The notes under the pieces are model-generated. The model ran no database searches and was not told the DNA's origin. It was given only the letters and a program-made list of their open reading frames with translations. From contig CAZYIA010000001.1 of assembly GCA_964646765.1 (NCBI GenBank), positions 1,334 through 65,333 of the forward strand: a DNA stretch of 64,000 bases, in the 5' to 3' direction. The position numbers were made by a program, and so were the translations under genes. Source of the DNA: an uncultured Candidatus Saccharibacteria bacterium (GTDB lineage Bacteria > Patescibacteriota > Minisyncoccia > Phycocordibacterales > UBA9973). How positions within the stretch are numbered: the first letter of the stretch is position 1; every line of letters begins with the position of its first letter. This document shows, one piece after another, positions 38,923-47,424 of the stretch.

Positions 38923-41646
38923 TTATGGCTGAGTAGTTCCTTGATTCAGTTTTAATGAAAGCAAAGCGACGTCCTTCTTGGAGTTTCTCTTTTCCAAACC
39001 GTCTAAGACCTTCTTTTCTGTCTCGGGTGTCCAATATATCTTCAATTTTTCCTTCGCTCTCGTGATTGCTGTATAGAAAATATTATGCGTTATCATTTCC
39101 TCTACCTCGTTTGTAATGACAACTTTAACTGAATCAAACTCAAGACCTTGTGCCTTGTGGATTGAAACCGCATAGGAAACCTGAAATGGCACTATCGCAT
39201 CGGAAGAAGAGTCGTCATCATCTTCATCGGTGCTGGGGTATTTGTTGACTGAAAAACGGATAATGGACTTACTTCCGTCAGGTGTGTTGCCAACTAGTTG
39301 GAAATCGTAGCCTTCTGCATCAAGCTCGTTTATTACTTTATCGATCTCGATATCGAACTGGATCCTGTCATTATTTTTGGTAATACCAACGATCTTACCC
39401 TTAAGGTTGTTATAGATGAGCGGAGAGAATCTATTCATCTCATTGAACAGTACAGGGTCACCAATTTTGTAGGTGTGAACTCCCCAGTACATCGGACTGT
39501 TCTTGTTGTTGCTTTGGAGAAATCTATTGATGTTGTTGATGCCGTATAATCCATCGTAATTCAGACAGAGCACGATCTCATCCTCCTCGGCATTCTCAAA
39601 GAAAGATTGATCAAGCTTCACGGAGTATTTATTCTTTGTTATGTGTTCAAGAATATCGGTGTCTATGTTCCGTACTTTATTCCACAAGGTGATCAACTTC
39701 TCGTTAGTGCTACGGTATGGCTTAGTCAGCTCAAACCTAGATGTTTGAGGAATGAAGGACTGGGCAATATTGAACCAGTTACCAAAGTTTATAGACTCTA
39801 TCTGGAACACATCTCCGACCAAGACGAGTAATTTGAACTTTGCTTTTTCCAGAACCGCACGCATATCCGAATTGCTGACGGTACTACATTCATCAATAAT
39901 CAATATGTCGTAGTCGAAATCTGTATTTTTAGGCGAAAGGAATTTACTGATCGTCTTGTATGTACAGTTAGCGGCTTGAACCTTTCTTCTCAAGTTATCT
40001 ACCGCAGGGTTGGTGTTCGCTAGATAAAGTTTGGTCTTATCGTTAAAGAAATTCGATATGTGATTTATCATTGTCGACTTTCCAGTACCAGCGGCACCAT
40101 ACACCAACGCCACCTTTGATTTTTCAAACAATCTTCTCAAAGCATCCTTCTTTTCTTCACAGTCGACAATGTGCGTAGATGTCTGAAGCCAAGAATCGAT
40201 CGAATTAGCGTAGTTGCGAATACCTGTAGATGAAAGCTCGGTCAACTTTTTGATGATGTACAAGGCAGCCTCTTCATATCCCTTGATGTAGATATGGTCT
40301 TTAAACTTCTCCAACTTGCGATGCCCGTGTTTGAAGTATAAGGAAGAATTGTATTTCTGGATCAATGCATCGACGTCTTTAAACCCATCCGTGTCGCTCA
40401 TAGGAGTGTAGAGCTGACCGTCAATTTCGTTTTTATTTGTAATAAACTTTGCGAACATTTCATGCTCTCGACCTGTTGCATCAATGCAATCAAATAGGTC
40501 ATGTGCTCTCGGCTTATGGTTGAGAGGCGAGGAATTGAAAGGCATCTCATCAAACGGAATACACCCGAATTCTAGTTTCAAATTTGAGAGGTTCGGACAC
40601 TCATCGTGGCTATATTGCTGCTTGATGATTTTGTTATTGAGTCTGTAAAGCAGGTATCTGACTACATTTGTACCGGCTTTCTTTGCTTGCACAAATGCAC
40701 GGACATTATCCAGTACATCAAAAATGTATTTAGTCTTTGCCGCGCTTACAATCTTGGACCTTATGCTACCGTAGTAATCGTCAGATAGGTCCATGAACTC
40801 TGTAAGATTCAGTCCTGTCTCCGTCAGAAACCTCATTAACTCCTTGTACTCATTTCCACTTTGGATCTTGGGATCTTTTCCGAAGATTTTCGCAAAGTTA
40901 TTCAACTCACAAGGACGGATAGACACCTCCCAATCGTTAATGATTTGGATGGGCATGTTCTTATCCACGATCTTTATGCTGTCGGTAGTCAAAGATAGCT
41001 TCACGGCATAGTTGTCAGATATATCTAACTTTGTAAAAGCAATGATTCTGTCGAACTTGCTTGCGTAGTCATTAGCGCGTGTAAAAGTTACCTCGTAATA
41101 CACTTCGTAATTGACGAAGAAGGGTTTTACCTTTTGAATGTAGAACCTGTCGCTATTAACACCTTTGGGGTCTGCAGGTGGCTGATGGTTTATTTTCTCA
41201 GCAATTTTTTCGTGATACTCCTTGAGGACGGAATCGGTATTGATGGGAAAGGCATCTATATTCTTGAGAACTTCCAAGTTGTGAGTCTTCTTTAGGTAGG
41301 ACTTTATCTTCAAAAGATACTCGTAATACTTGAGCATCAGCCTCTCCGAATTTTCTTCGTCAGGCGTGTAATGAGAAATTGTCTTTTGAAGAAGCTTGTG
41401 GAAATTACTCAAAAACCGCAGATCGCCCCTGGTCTTAACGTAAGCTTCGCCACTCTTGATGTTTTCGTATGAGTTATCTATGTCCTTGCCGTTGCTGAAT
41501 GCTTTCAGCGAGATGTGGTCGACAAAGTTTCTAAGTTGCGACAGTATGTTCTGTGACAGCAACCCTCTTTCGGAAGTATCAAACCTGTCGATATTGGCAG
41601 ATATGACTTTGTCTGTATTTAAGATTTCAGTATCGACTTTGCTCAT
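38923..41646 (-). CDS. standalone 907-aa fusion protein: uncharacterised N-terminal region with HEPN-like R-x4-H motif plus a C-terminal RecD/TraA-type SF1 helicase
   Basis: Walker A VALVYGAAGTGKST. Walker B/DExx ILIIDECS. Motif III LVLVGDVFQ. Motifs V/VI AVSIHKAQGLEFDSVKVV and TAITRAK. LRNFVDH at residues 38-44. AGA/AGG-rich codon usage. Flanked by tRNA-Thr and its inverted partial copy. Confidence 0.75.
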   Translation of the reverse strand: MSKVDTEILNTDKVISANIDRFDTSERGLLSQNILSQLRNFVDHISLKAFSNGKDIDNSYENIKSGEAYVKTRGDLRFLSNFHKLLQKTISHYTPDEENSERLMLKYYEYLLKIKSYLKKTHNLEVLKNIDAFPINTDSVLKEYHEKIAEKINHQPPADPKGVNSDRFYIQKVKPFFVNYEVYYEVTFTRANDYASKFDRIIAFTKLDISDNYAVKLSLTTDSIKIVDKNMPIQIINDWEVSIRPCELNNFAKIFGKDPKIQSGNEYKELMRFLTETGLNLTEFMDLSDDYYGSIRSKIVSAAKTKYIFDVLDNVRAFVQAKKAGTNVVRYLLYRLNNKIIKQQYSHDECPNLSNLKLEFGCIPFDEMPFNSSPLNHKPRAHDLFDCIDATGREHEMFAKFITNKNEIDGQLYTPMSDTDGFKDVDALIQKYNSSLYFKHGHRKLEKFKDHIYIKGYEEAALYIIKKLTELSSTGIRNYANSIDSWLQTSTHIVDCEEKKDALRRLFEKSKVALVYGAAGTGKSTMINHISNFFNDKTKLYLANTNPAVDNLRRKVQAANCTYKTISKFLSPKNTDFDYDILIIDECSTVSNSDMRAVLEKAKFKLLVLVGDVFQIESINFGNWFNIAQSFIPQTSRFELTKPYRSTNEKLITLWNKVRNIDTDILEHITKNKYSVKLDQSFFENAEEDEIVLCLNYDGLYGINNINRFLQSNNKNSPMYWGVHTYKIGDPVLFNEMNRFSPLIYNNLKGKIVGITKNNDRIQFDIEIDKVINELDAEGYDFQLVGNTPDGSKSIIRFSVNKYPSTDEDDDDSSSDAIVPFQVSYAVSIHKAQGLEFDSVKVVITNEVEEMITHNIFYTAITRAKEKLKIYWTPETEKKVLDGLEKRNSKKDVALLSLKLNQGTTQP

Positions 41647-41693
41647 GAGAATATTTACATTTTAGCATTTTTCGGTCTTATTTTATTTAAACA

Positions 41694-41724
41694 AAAAAGA
41701 GCGATTCATATCGCTCTTTTTTGT
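41694..41724. terminator. bidirectional hairpin terminator
   Basis: aaaaaagagcgat-tcat-atcgctctttttt. Confidence 0.6.
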
Positions 41725-41807
41725 ACAACCTTTAGCTTCGTGGGTCACAGCTCAACCTAGAGCATGTGGGTCATCAAAACTACCAGGTTGTCAATGCGGG
41801 TTTAGTG

Positions 41808-41897
41808 AGATTCGAACTCGGCGACCCGTTTTTTCCAAGAAGTAGCTCTACAAACACTTTGTTAATAAAAATAACCTTATAATATAAGGCTTTTTTT
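41808..41897 (+). terminator. two tandem hairpin plus T-run elements
   Basis: cgggt...acccg followed by tttttt at 41808-41845. Perfect 15-bp palindrome ccttataatataagg followed by ttttttt at 41875-41897. Confidence 0.45.
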
Positions 41898-41921
41898 GGG
41901 GAAGAGGGTAGACCTGTTTAT

Positions 41922-41957
41922 TACAAAAGCGTTGCTCTACCAACTGAGCTAAGGCGG
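41922..41957 (-). repeat. exact 36-nt copy of the tRNA-Thr 5' half (nt 1-36) in inverted orientation
   Basis: Reverse complement is GCCGCCTTAGCTCAGTTGGTAGAGCAACGCTTTTGT, identical to 38723-38758. It diverges after the anticodon with no matching 3' half. Confidence 0.8.
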
Positions 41958-41972
41958 CAATATTTGTTTTGG

Positions 41973-42560
41973 TTATTCTACTATATTTTCGGGAGAATTG
42001 GATACTGGTTCTGTGGTAGTAGGATTTTCTGTCTTGGTTTCCATAACTGAAGCAACATGAACGGTTCGCTTGCGGCGGGCTGGTTTCTTAATTGCTTCGG
42101 TTACTGTTTCAGTGACAGTATGCACGGTTCTTCCTGCATCCTGAACTGTTTTTTCAACTTCAGTTTGCATTTCTTTTGCTGCGTTTCGAAGCGTATCTTT
42201 GTATTCAGAAATGGAGTTTAAGAATTGCTCACTGGTTCGGTTTGCTTCGAGTGCTCCTTTCTCATGTTCAATCCGAGCGAGCATTTTGTGCACTAAGGTG
42301 TCGAGCTTTACGCGAACCTTATGCGCAAAGAGGGCAGTGGTGTGCAGAAAGCGAATGAAGAATGTGCGAATTTGGTCACGAAGGGCGATCAAAAATGCTC
42401 GGGTAATTGCTTCTACTTTAGCTAAGGCAAGAGGATTCTCATGCTCTGGATCGAATGCCGCCGGATTAATTCGGTTCGTTTTGATTTGCCACGCACGAAG
42501 CGAGACAGTACCAACGATACCGACGAGCGAAACGATCCAGAGAATAAGAACGAATGACAT
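41973..42560 (-). CDS. hypothetical membrane-anchored coiled-coil protein
   Basis: 195 aa. N-terminal TM then a helical region. Host-like codon usage. Confidence 0.5.
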   Translation of the reverse strand: MSFVLILWIVSLVGIVGTVSLRAWQIKTNRINPAAFDPEHENPLALAKVEAITRAFLIALRDQIRTFFIRFLHTTALFAHKVRVKLDTLVHKMLARIEHEKGALEANRTSEQFLNSISEYKDTLRNAAKEMQTEVEKTVQDAGRTVHTVTETVTEAIKKPARRKRTVHVASVMETKTENPTTTEPVSNSPENIVE

Positions 42561-42568
42561 ACTTTATA

Positions 42569-43348
42569 TTATGCACCAATTTGGAGAAGTGACACCTCCT
42601 TTAATTTTCCTCCAGCTGATTCAATGTGCTTTAGAATCGTTACATCAGGATTTTTGATGAATGCCTGGTCGAGCAATGTGCGTTCCTTAAAGTAAGTAGC
42701 AAGTTTCCCAGCAAGCATTTTTTCCTGAATGTCGGCAGGCTTTCCAGAAGCAGCTACTTCTTCAGCAAACATTGCCTTTGCCTTTTCGGTCATATCGGCA
42801 GGAATATCGGTTGCGCGGATGTACTCTGGATGCATTGCTGCAACGTGCATAGCAACGTCCTTTGCAACATCAGCGTTGCCTCCTTCAAGCGAGACAACCA
42901 CAGCGGTTTTGCCATTGTGGACGTAGCTTCCGATAGTCGTACCAGAAACTTCAACGATGCGGCCGAGCTTAATGTTTTCACCAATCTTCTGAATGATCGC
43001 ATTAATCATGTCAGGAGCTGCGGCTTCTGCTGCGTCTTTACCTTCCGCGAGCGCTTTTTGAGCAATTGCTTCCGCAAGTGAAACGAAGTCGGCATTTTGT
43101 GCCACGAAGTCAGTTTCGCAATTAAGCTCAACGAGTACCGCTTTGTCATCTTTTTTAAGAACAACAATGCGACCTTCGACTGCTTCGCGATCACTTTTCT
43201 TAGCCGCAATTTCAGTCGACTTCTTTTTAAGGATCATGAGCGCCTTTTCCATATCACCGCCGGCTTCTTCGAGCGCCTTGCGGCACTGCATAACCGAGAT
43301 GCCAGTTTGATCACGGAGGGCTTTTACTTGGTCTGTGGTGATTGCCAT
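42569..43348 (-). CDS. tsf: translation elongation factor Ts
   Basis: MAITTDQVKALRDQTGISVMQCRKALEEAGGDMEKA is an EF-Ts UBA-like N-terminus. Start placed at this M rather than the ORF-track 43441. Confidence 0.9.
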   Translation of the reverse strand: MAITTDQVKALRDQTGISVMQCRKALEEAGGDMEKALMILKKKSTEIAAKKSDREAVEGRIVVLKKDDKAVLVELNCETDFVAQNADFVSLAEAIAQKALAEGKDAAEAAAPDMINAIIQKIGENIKLGRIVEVSGTTIGSYVHNGKTAVVVSLEGGNADVAKDVAMHVAAMHPEYIRATDIPADMTEKAKAMFAEEVAASGKPADIQEKMLAGKLATYFKERTLLDQAFIKNPDVTILKHIESAGGKLKEVSLLQIGA

Positions 43349-43383
43349 ACGAAAGAACAAAATTAAAGAACTAATGGAGCAGT

Positions 43384-44082
43384 TTATGCTGTAGGGTTTG
43401 AGGTGAGGCCACCGCGCCATGCAGATACTGCGCGTTCGCAAATCAGATTAATTGATGAAACTGATCCATCATTACCAACGATTGGGTAGGCGATACCTGA
43501 AACGTTCGTGTCAGTGTTTGCAAGAGCGATAACTGGAATACCAATTTTCTGAGCTTCAGTTACGGCAATGTGTTCGCGCTTTGGATCGATAACAAAGAGA
43601 GCATCAGGTTTCTGGGTGAGGCCGGTAAGACCTGAGAAGAGCTTGTGCATTTTTGCAATTTCCTCGTCGAGGAGAAGGCGTTCCTTCTTCGTGTACTTAT
43701 CGAGTTCGCCAGCTTCTTTTTTAGCTTTGAGATCAATAAGACGAGCAATACGCTTCTTGATTTCTGGCCAGTTAGTGAGCACGCCACCTACCCAGCGTTC
43801 AACGATGTACGGCTGGTCGAGGCGTTCAGCGGCACCTTTTACAGTTTCGCGAGCTTCTGGCTTAGTACCAACGAAAAGAACTTTCTTGCCTTTTGCAGCA
43901 AGAGAAGCAAGAAAAGCTTCAGCGGTAGCAAGCTGCGCTGCAGTCTTTTCAATATCGATAATGTCGACTTTGTTTTTCGTGGTGAACACGAATTTCGCAG
44001 CCGATGGGTGGCGACGCGTTTTTGAGTAACCAAAGTGTGCGCCGGCCTGGAAGAGTGAATCAACCAATGATTGGTCTGACAT
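43384..44082 (-). CDS. rpsB: 30S ribosomal protein S2
   Basis: 232 aa. AGAHFGYSKTRRHP... is the S2 signature. Classic rpsB-tsf pair. Confidence 0.9.
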   Translation of the reverse strand: MSDQSLVDSLFQAGAHFGYSKTRRHPSAAKFVFTTKNKVDIIDIEKTAAQLATAEAFLASLAAKGKKVLFVGTKPEARETVKGAAERLDQPYIVERWVGGVLTNWPEIKKRIARLIDLKAKKEAGELDKYTKKERLLLDEEIAKMHKLFSGLTGLTQKPDALFVIDPKREHIAVTEAQKIGIPVIALANTDTNVSGIAYPIVGNDGSVSSINLICERAVSAWRGGLTSNPTA

Positions 44083-44344
44083 AAAAACTCTCTATCCGAG
44101 TCCCTTAGCGGGAACCGGTTAATTTATAAGTGTAGGTTCGAGGCCTACAGCATTCCGTTCATAAGCATTGCAGCATATTTACAGGGAGGAGCGCTTGTAC
44201 CAGAGGCCGAAGCCTGTTGGGCTAAACTAAAAACTCCCCACGGAGTGCCAAAACACAATACCTCAAAAACCGAAAAAAAGCAAGAATTTCTAAGGCTTAA
44301 AAGTTGTAAAACTAAGGCTTTTAGGCTACTATCACTGTACTTAT

Positions 44345-45604
44345 ATGCGTCAATCAAAGCTTTTTACCAAGACCAAGCGGGAGGACCCGAAAGACGAGGT
44401 TTCCAAGAACGCTAAACTCTTAATTAGGGGTGGTTTCGTTCATAAGGAAATGGCTGGAGTGTATGCTTTCTTACCACTTGGCTTACAGGTGCTCAGCAAT
44501 ATCGTGGCGATTATTCGTGAAGAAATGAATCGCATTGGGGGTCAAGAAGTGGTGCTTACCGCTCTTCAAGAACGTGAACTATGGGAAAAAACCAACCGTT
44601 GGGACGATGCCGTTGTTGATACGTGGTTCAAAACAAAGTTAAAGAATGATACCGAACTTGGTTTAGGTTTTACGCATGAAGAGCCGCTGACACGTCTTAT
44701 GAAGGATCATATTTCTTCATACCGTGATCTGCCTGTTTCGGTGTATCAGTTCCAAACAAAATTTCGAAATGAAACGCGGGCTAAAAGTGGCATTATGCGC
44801 ATGCGCGAATTTTTAATGAAAGATTTGTACTCATTCTCGCGCAATAAAGAAGAACACGATGCCTATTATGAAAGAGCAGCCGAAGCGTACTTGAAAATTT
44901 TTGAACGTGTTGGCTTAGGTAGTCTCACCTATAAAACATTTGCTTCTGGTGGCGTCTTTTCAAAATACTCGCACGAGTTTCAAACGCTCACTGAAGCAGG
45001 CGAGGATATCATTTATGTATCAGAAGCAAAGAAAATCGCCATCAACAAAGAAGTGTACACCGAAGATGTATTACAAAATCTTGGCTTAACAAAAGAAGAA
45101 CTTGTAGAAAAGAAAGCGGTTGAAGTGGGAAATATTTTCACTCTTGGTACTCGTTTCTCAGAACCGCTTGAACTTACTTTTCTTGATGAGAATGGTGAGA
45201 AGAAGCCGGTACTCATGGGCTGTTACGGCATTGGCCCTGGCCGAGTGATGGGCACTATTGTTGAAGCGCTTTCTGATGAGAAGGGAATTGTGTGGCCAGA
45301 ATCGGTTGCGCCATTCCGGGTACATCTTCTTGCTCTTGGCGAAACAGAAACCGTGCGCGAAACAGCCGACAAACTCTATGGTGAACTTTCTGATGCCGGT
45401 GTCTCAGTTCTCTATGATGATCGCCGCGCTTCGAACGGAGAAAAATTTGCTGACGCTGATTTACTTGGTATGCCATATCGCGTAGTTGTTTCAGAGCGCA
45501 GCATGAAAGAAGGTGGCGCCGAAGTAAAAAAGCGAACCGAAGAAAAAGGTTCGATTTTACCGTTCACTGATGTCATTGGTTTTCTCTCTCCTAAAAAGGA
45601 TTAA
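44345..45604 (+). CDS. proS: prolyl-tRNA synthetase (short form lacking the editing insertion)
   Basis: 419 aa. N-terminus MRQSKLFTKTKRE...LIRGGFV and class II motifs FRNETRAKSGIMRMREF and GCYGIGPGRV. Confidence 0.85.
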   Translation: MRQSKLFTKTKREDPKDEVSKNAKLLIRGGFVHKEMAGVYAFLPLGLQVLSNIVAIIREEMNRIGGQEVVLTALQERELWEKTNRWDDAVVDTWFKTKLKNDTELGLGFTHEEPLTRLMKDHISSYRDLPVSVYQFQTKFRNETRAKSGIMRMREFLMKDLYSFSRNKEEHDAYYERAAEAYLKIFERVGLGSLTYKTFASGGVFSKYSHEFQTLTEAGEDIIYVSEAKKIAINKEVYTEDVLQNLGLTKEELVEKKAVEVGNIFTLGTRFSEPLELTFLDENGEKKPVLMGCYGIGPGRVMGTIVEALSDEKGIVWPESVAPFRVHLLALGETETVRETADKLYGELSDAGVSVLYDDRRASNGEKFADADLLGMPYRVVVSERSMKEGGAEVKKRTEEKGSILPFTDVIGFLSPKKD

Positions 45605-45609
45605 TACGT

Positions 45610-46656
45610 ATGTTTGATTCACTCTACCAATCATTTTCAAACGACATCGGTATCGATCTTGGTACCGCAAACACCCTCGTGTATTTAAAAGGTCACGGCA
45701 TTGTTATCAATGAACCATCGGTGGTAGCAGTAAACCAAAAGACTGGTCAGATCGTGGCAGTAGGAACTGAAGCAAAACAAATGCTCGGCCGTACACCAGG
45801 GCACATTAAGGCAATCCGCCCGCTTGTTGATGGAGTGATTTCAGATTTCGAAGTGACCGAAGAAATGCTTGCCTATTTGATTGGTAAGACTGAAAAAACT
45901 TCTAAGAAAATGTTTCGCCCTCGCGTAGTTGTTGGTATTCCAACCGGAACCACCAACGTAGAATCGCGCGCTGTGTACGATGCGGCAAAATCTGCTGGTG
46001 CTCGCGAAGTGTATTTGATCGAAGAGCCGATGGCAGCTGCAATTGGTATTCGTTTGCCAATTAAAGATGCCGTGGGATCAATGATTATCGATATTGGTGG
46101 GGGAACTACTGACATCGCAGTGATTTCGCTCGGTGGTATTGTACGAAGCAAAAATCTAAAAATTGCCGGCGATAAATTTAACAATGATATCTCAACCTAC
46201 CTTCGTGATGAATTTAAACTTTTGATTGGTGAGAAAACTGCTGAAGGAGTGAAGCTTGCTGTCGCAAATGTACTCCCAGGAAACTTTATGGAAGCTGAAG
46301 TGCGCGGTCGTGATCTTGTTTCAGGGTTGCCTCGAGAAGTTATCATTACCGATTCTGACGTTCGTGAAGCTATTGGCCCCTCGGTAAACCAACTCATTGA
46401 TGGTGTAAAAGAAGTGCTTGAAACCACACCACCAGAAATTTTGGGTGACGTTATGCACCGCGGTATTGTGCTTTCAGGTGGCGGTGCGCTACTTCGTGGC
46501 CTCGATGAACTTCTTCATAACGTTTTGAAAATTCCAATTTATATTGCTGAAGATCCACTCACAGCTGTTGCTCGAGGAGCTGGTGTTGTACTTGATGATA
46601 TAGAGTACTATCGCGAAGTGCTTGTTGACGCTGAACATGAACACACGCTTCGCTAA
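45610..46656 (+). CDS. mreB: rod shape-determining protein MreB
   Basis: DLGTANTLVY, DIGGGTTD and actin-fold blocks. 348 aa. Confidence 0.9.
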   Translation: MFDSLYQSFSNDIGIDLGTANTLVYLKGHGIVINEPSVVAVNQKTGQIVAVGTEAKQMLGRTPGHIKAIRPLVDGVISDFEVTEEMLAYLIGKTEKTSKKMFRPRVVVGIPTGTTNVESRAVYDAAKSAGAREVYLIEEPMAAAIGIRLPIKDAVGSMIIDIGGGTTDIAVISLGGIVRSKNLKIAGDKFNNDISTYLRDEFKLLIGEKTAEGVKLAVANVLPGNFMEAEVRGRDLVSGLPREVIITDSDVREAIGPSVNQLIDGVKEVLETTPPEILGDVMHRGIVLSGGGALLRGLDELLHNVLKIPIYIAEDPLTAVARGAGVVLDDIEYYREVLVDAEHEHTLR

Positions 46657-47422
46657 ATCTTCCCGTCGCGGACCACATACGCTGCTTGTCGCTGCTCTTG
46701 TTTTTGTTCTTTGTTTTATTGCTTCCGTTTTTATTTTTCCTGCTTTTGGGCATCTATTTCGTACTATGCTCCGACCTCTTACGAGCGTAAGTAGTGGTAT
46801 TGGTTCTGGTTTTGAAACACTGGGTGCCTATTTTGGTTCTAAAGCTCACATGGAACGACGGAATCAAGAACTTGAAAATCAAATTACTGAACTACAAACT
46901 CGGTTACTTGATCGCGATAGCATAGCTCTCGAAAATGCTGCGCTGCAAGAAATTTTAAATCGTAAGGTTTCAGAAAAATTTACACTTGCCCGTGTTTTAG
47001 TAAAACCAAATCGTTCACTGTACGACACAGTTATTATTGATATTGGTAAAGACAATAATCTACGCGTTGGAGCTCAGGTGTTTGCCTACGGTGATGTTCC
47101 TATTGGAACTGTGGCAACTGTGGATGCAAAAACGTCACTGGTAAAACTTTATTCATCTCCTGGTGAAGTGGTCACTGGTCGTATTGAAGGACTTGATATC
47201 GATGTTACACTCACGGGCCGCGGCGGCGGTAATTTTGAAGCTGAGCTCCCGCGCGAAGTCAAAGTAACTGAAGGCCAGAATGTCGTATTACCAGCTTCAA
47301 CGCCACTTATTATTGCCAAATTTGGTAAGGAAATTTCTGATCCACGTGATCCAGCACAAAAGTTTATTCTCACTGGCCCAATAAATATGAGTGAGCTTAA
47401 CCTGGTAGAAATTGGAGAATAA
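46622..47422 (+). CDS. mreC: rod shape-determining protein MreC
   Basis: Lies directly after mreB. N-terminal TM, coiled coil, beta-rich C-terminal domain. Confidence 0.75.
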   Translation: MLTLNMNTRFAKSSRRGPHTLLVAALVFVLCFIASVFIFPAFGHLFRTMLRPLTSVSSGIGSGFETLGAYFGSKAHMERRNQELENQITELQTRLLDRDSIALENAALQEILNRKVSEKFTLARVLVKPNRSLYDTVIIDIGKDNNLRVGAQVFAYGDVPIGTVATVDAKTSLVKLYSSPGEVVTGRIEGLDIDVTLTGRGGGNFEAELPREVKVTEGQNVVLPASTPLIIAKFGKEISDPRDPAQKFILTGPINMSELNLVEIGE

Positions 47423-47424
47423 TA

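Noticed and set aside
39298-41665. Several plus-strand ORFs of 60-83 aa inside the helicase gene
   Set aside because: They are antisense to a long, well-supported minus-strand CDS with a complete helicase motif set.
41808-41845. T-loop-like gagattcgaactc that looked like the 3' half of a minus-strand tRNA
   Set aside because: The flanking bases cannot form a 5-bp T-stem or an acceptor stem. It folds better as a cgggt/acccg hairpin with a T6 tail, meaning a terminator, possibly built from a tRNA remnant.
44400-44450. T-box-like string aattaggggtggtttcg near the proS start
   Set aside because: It lies inside the proS coding sequence and encodes LIRGGFV, a conserved ProS motif. It is not in the leader.
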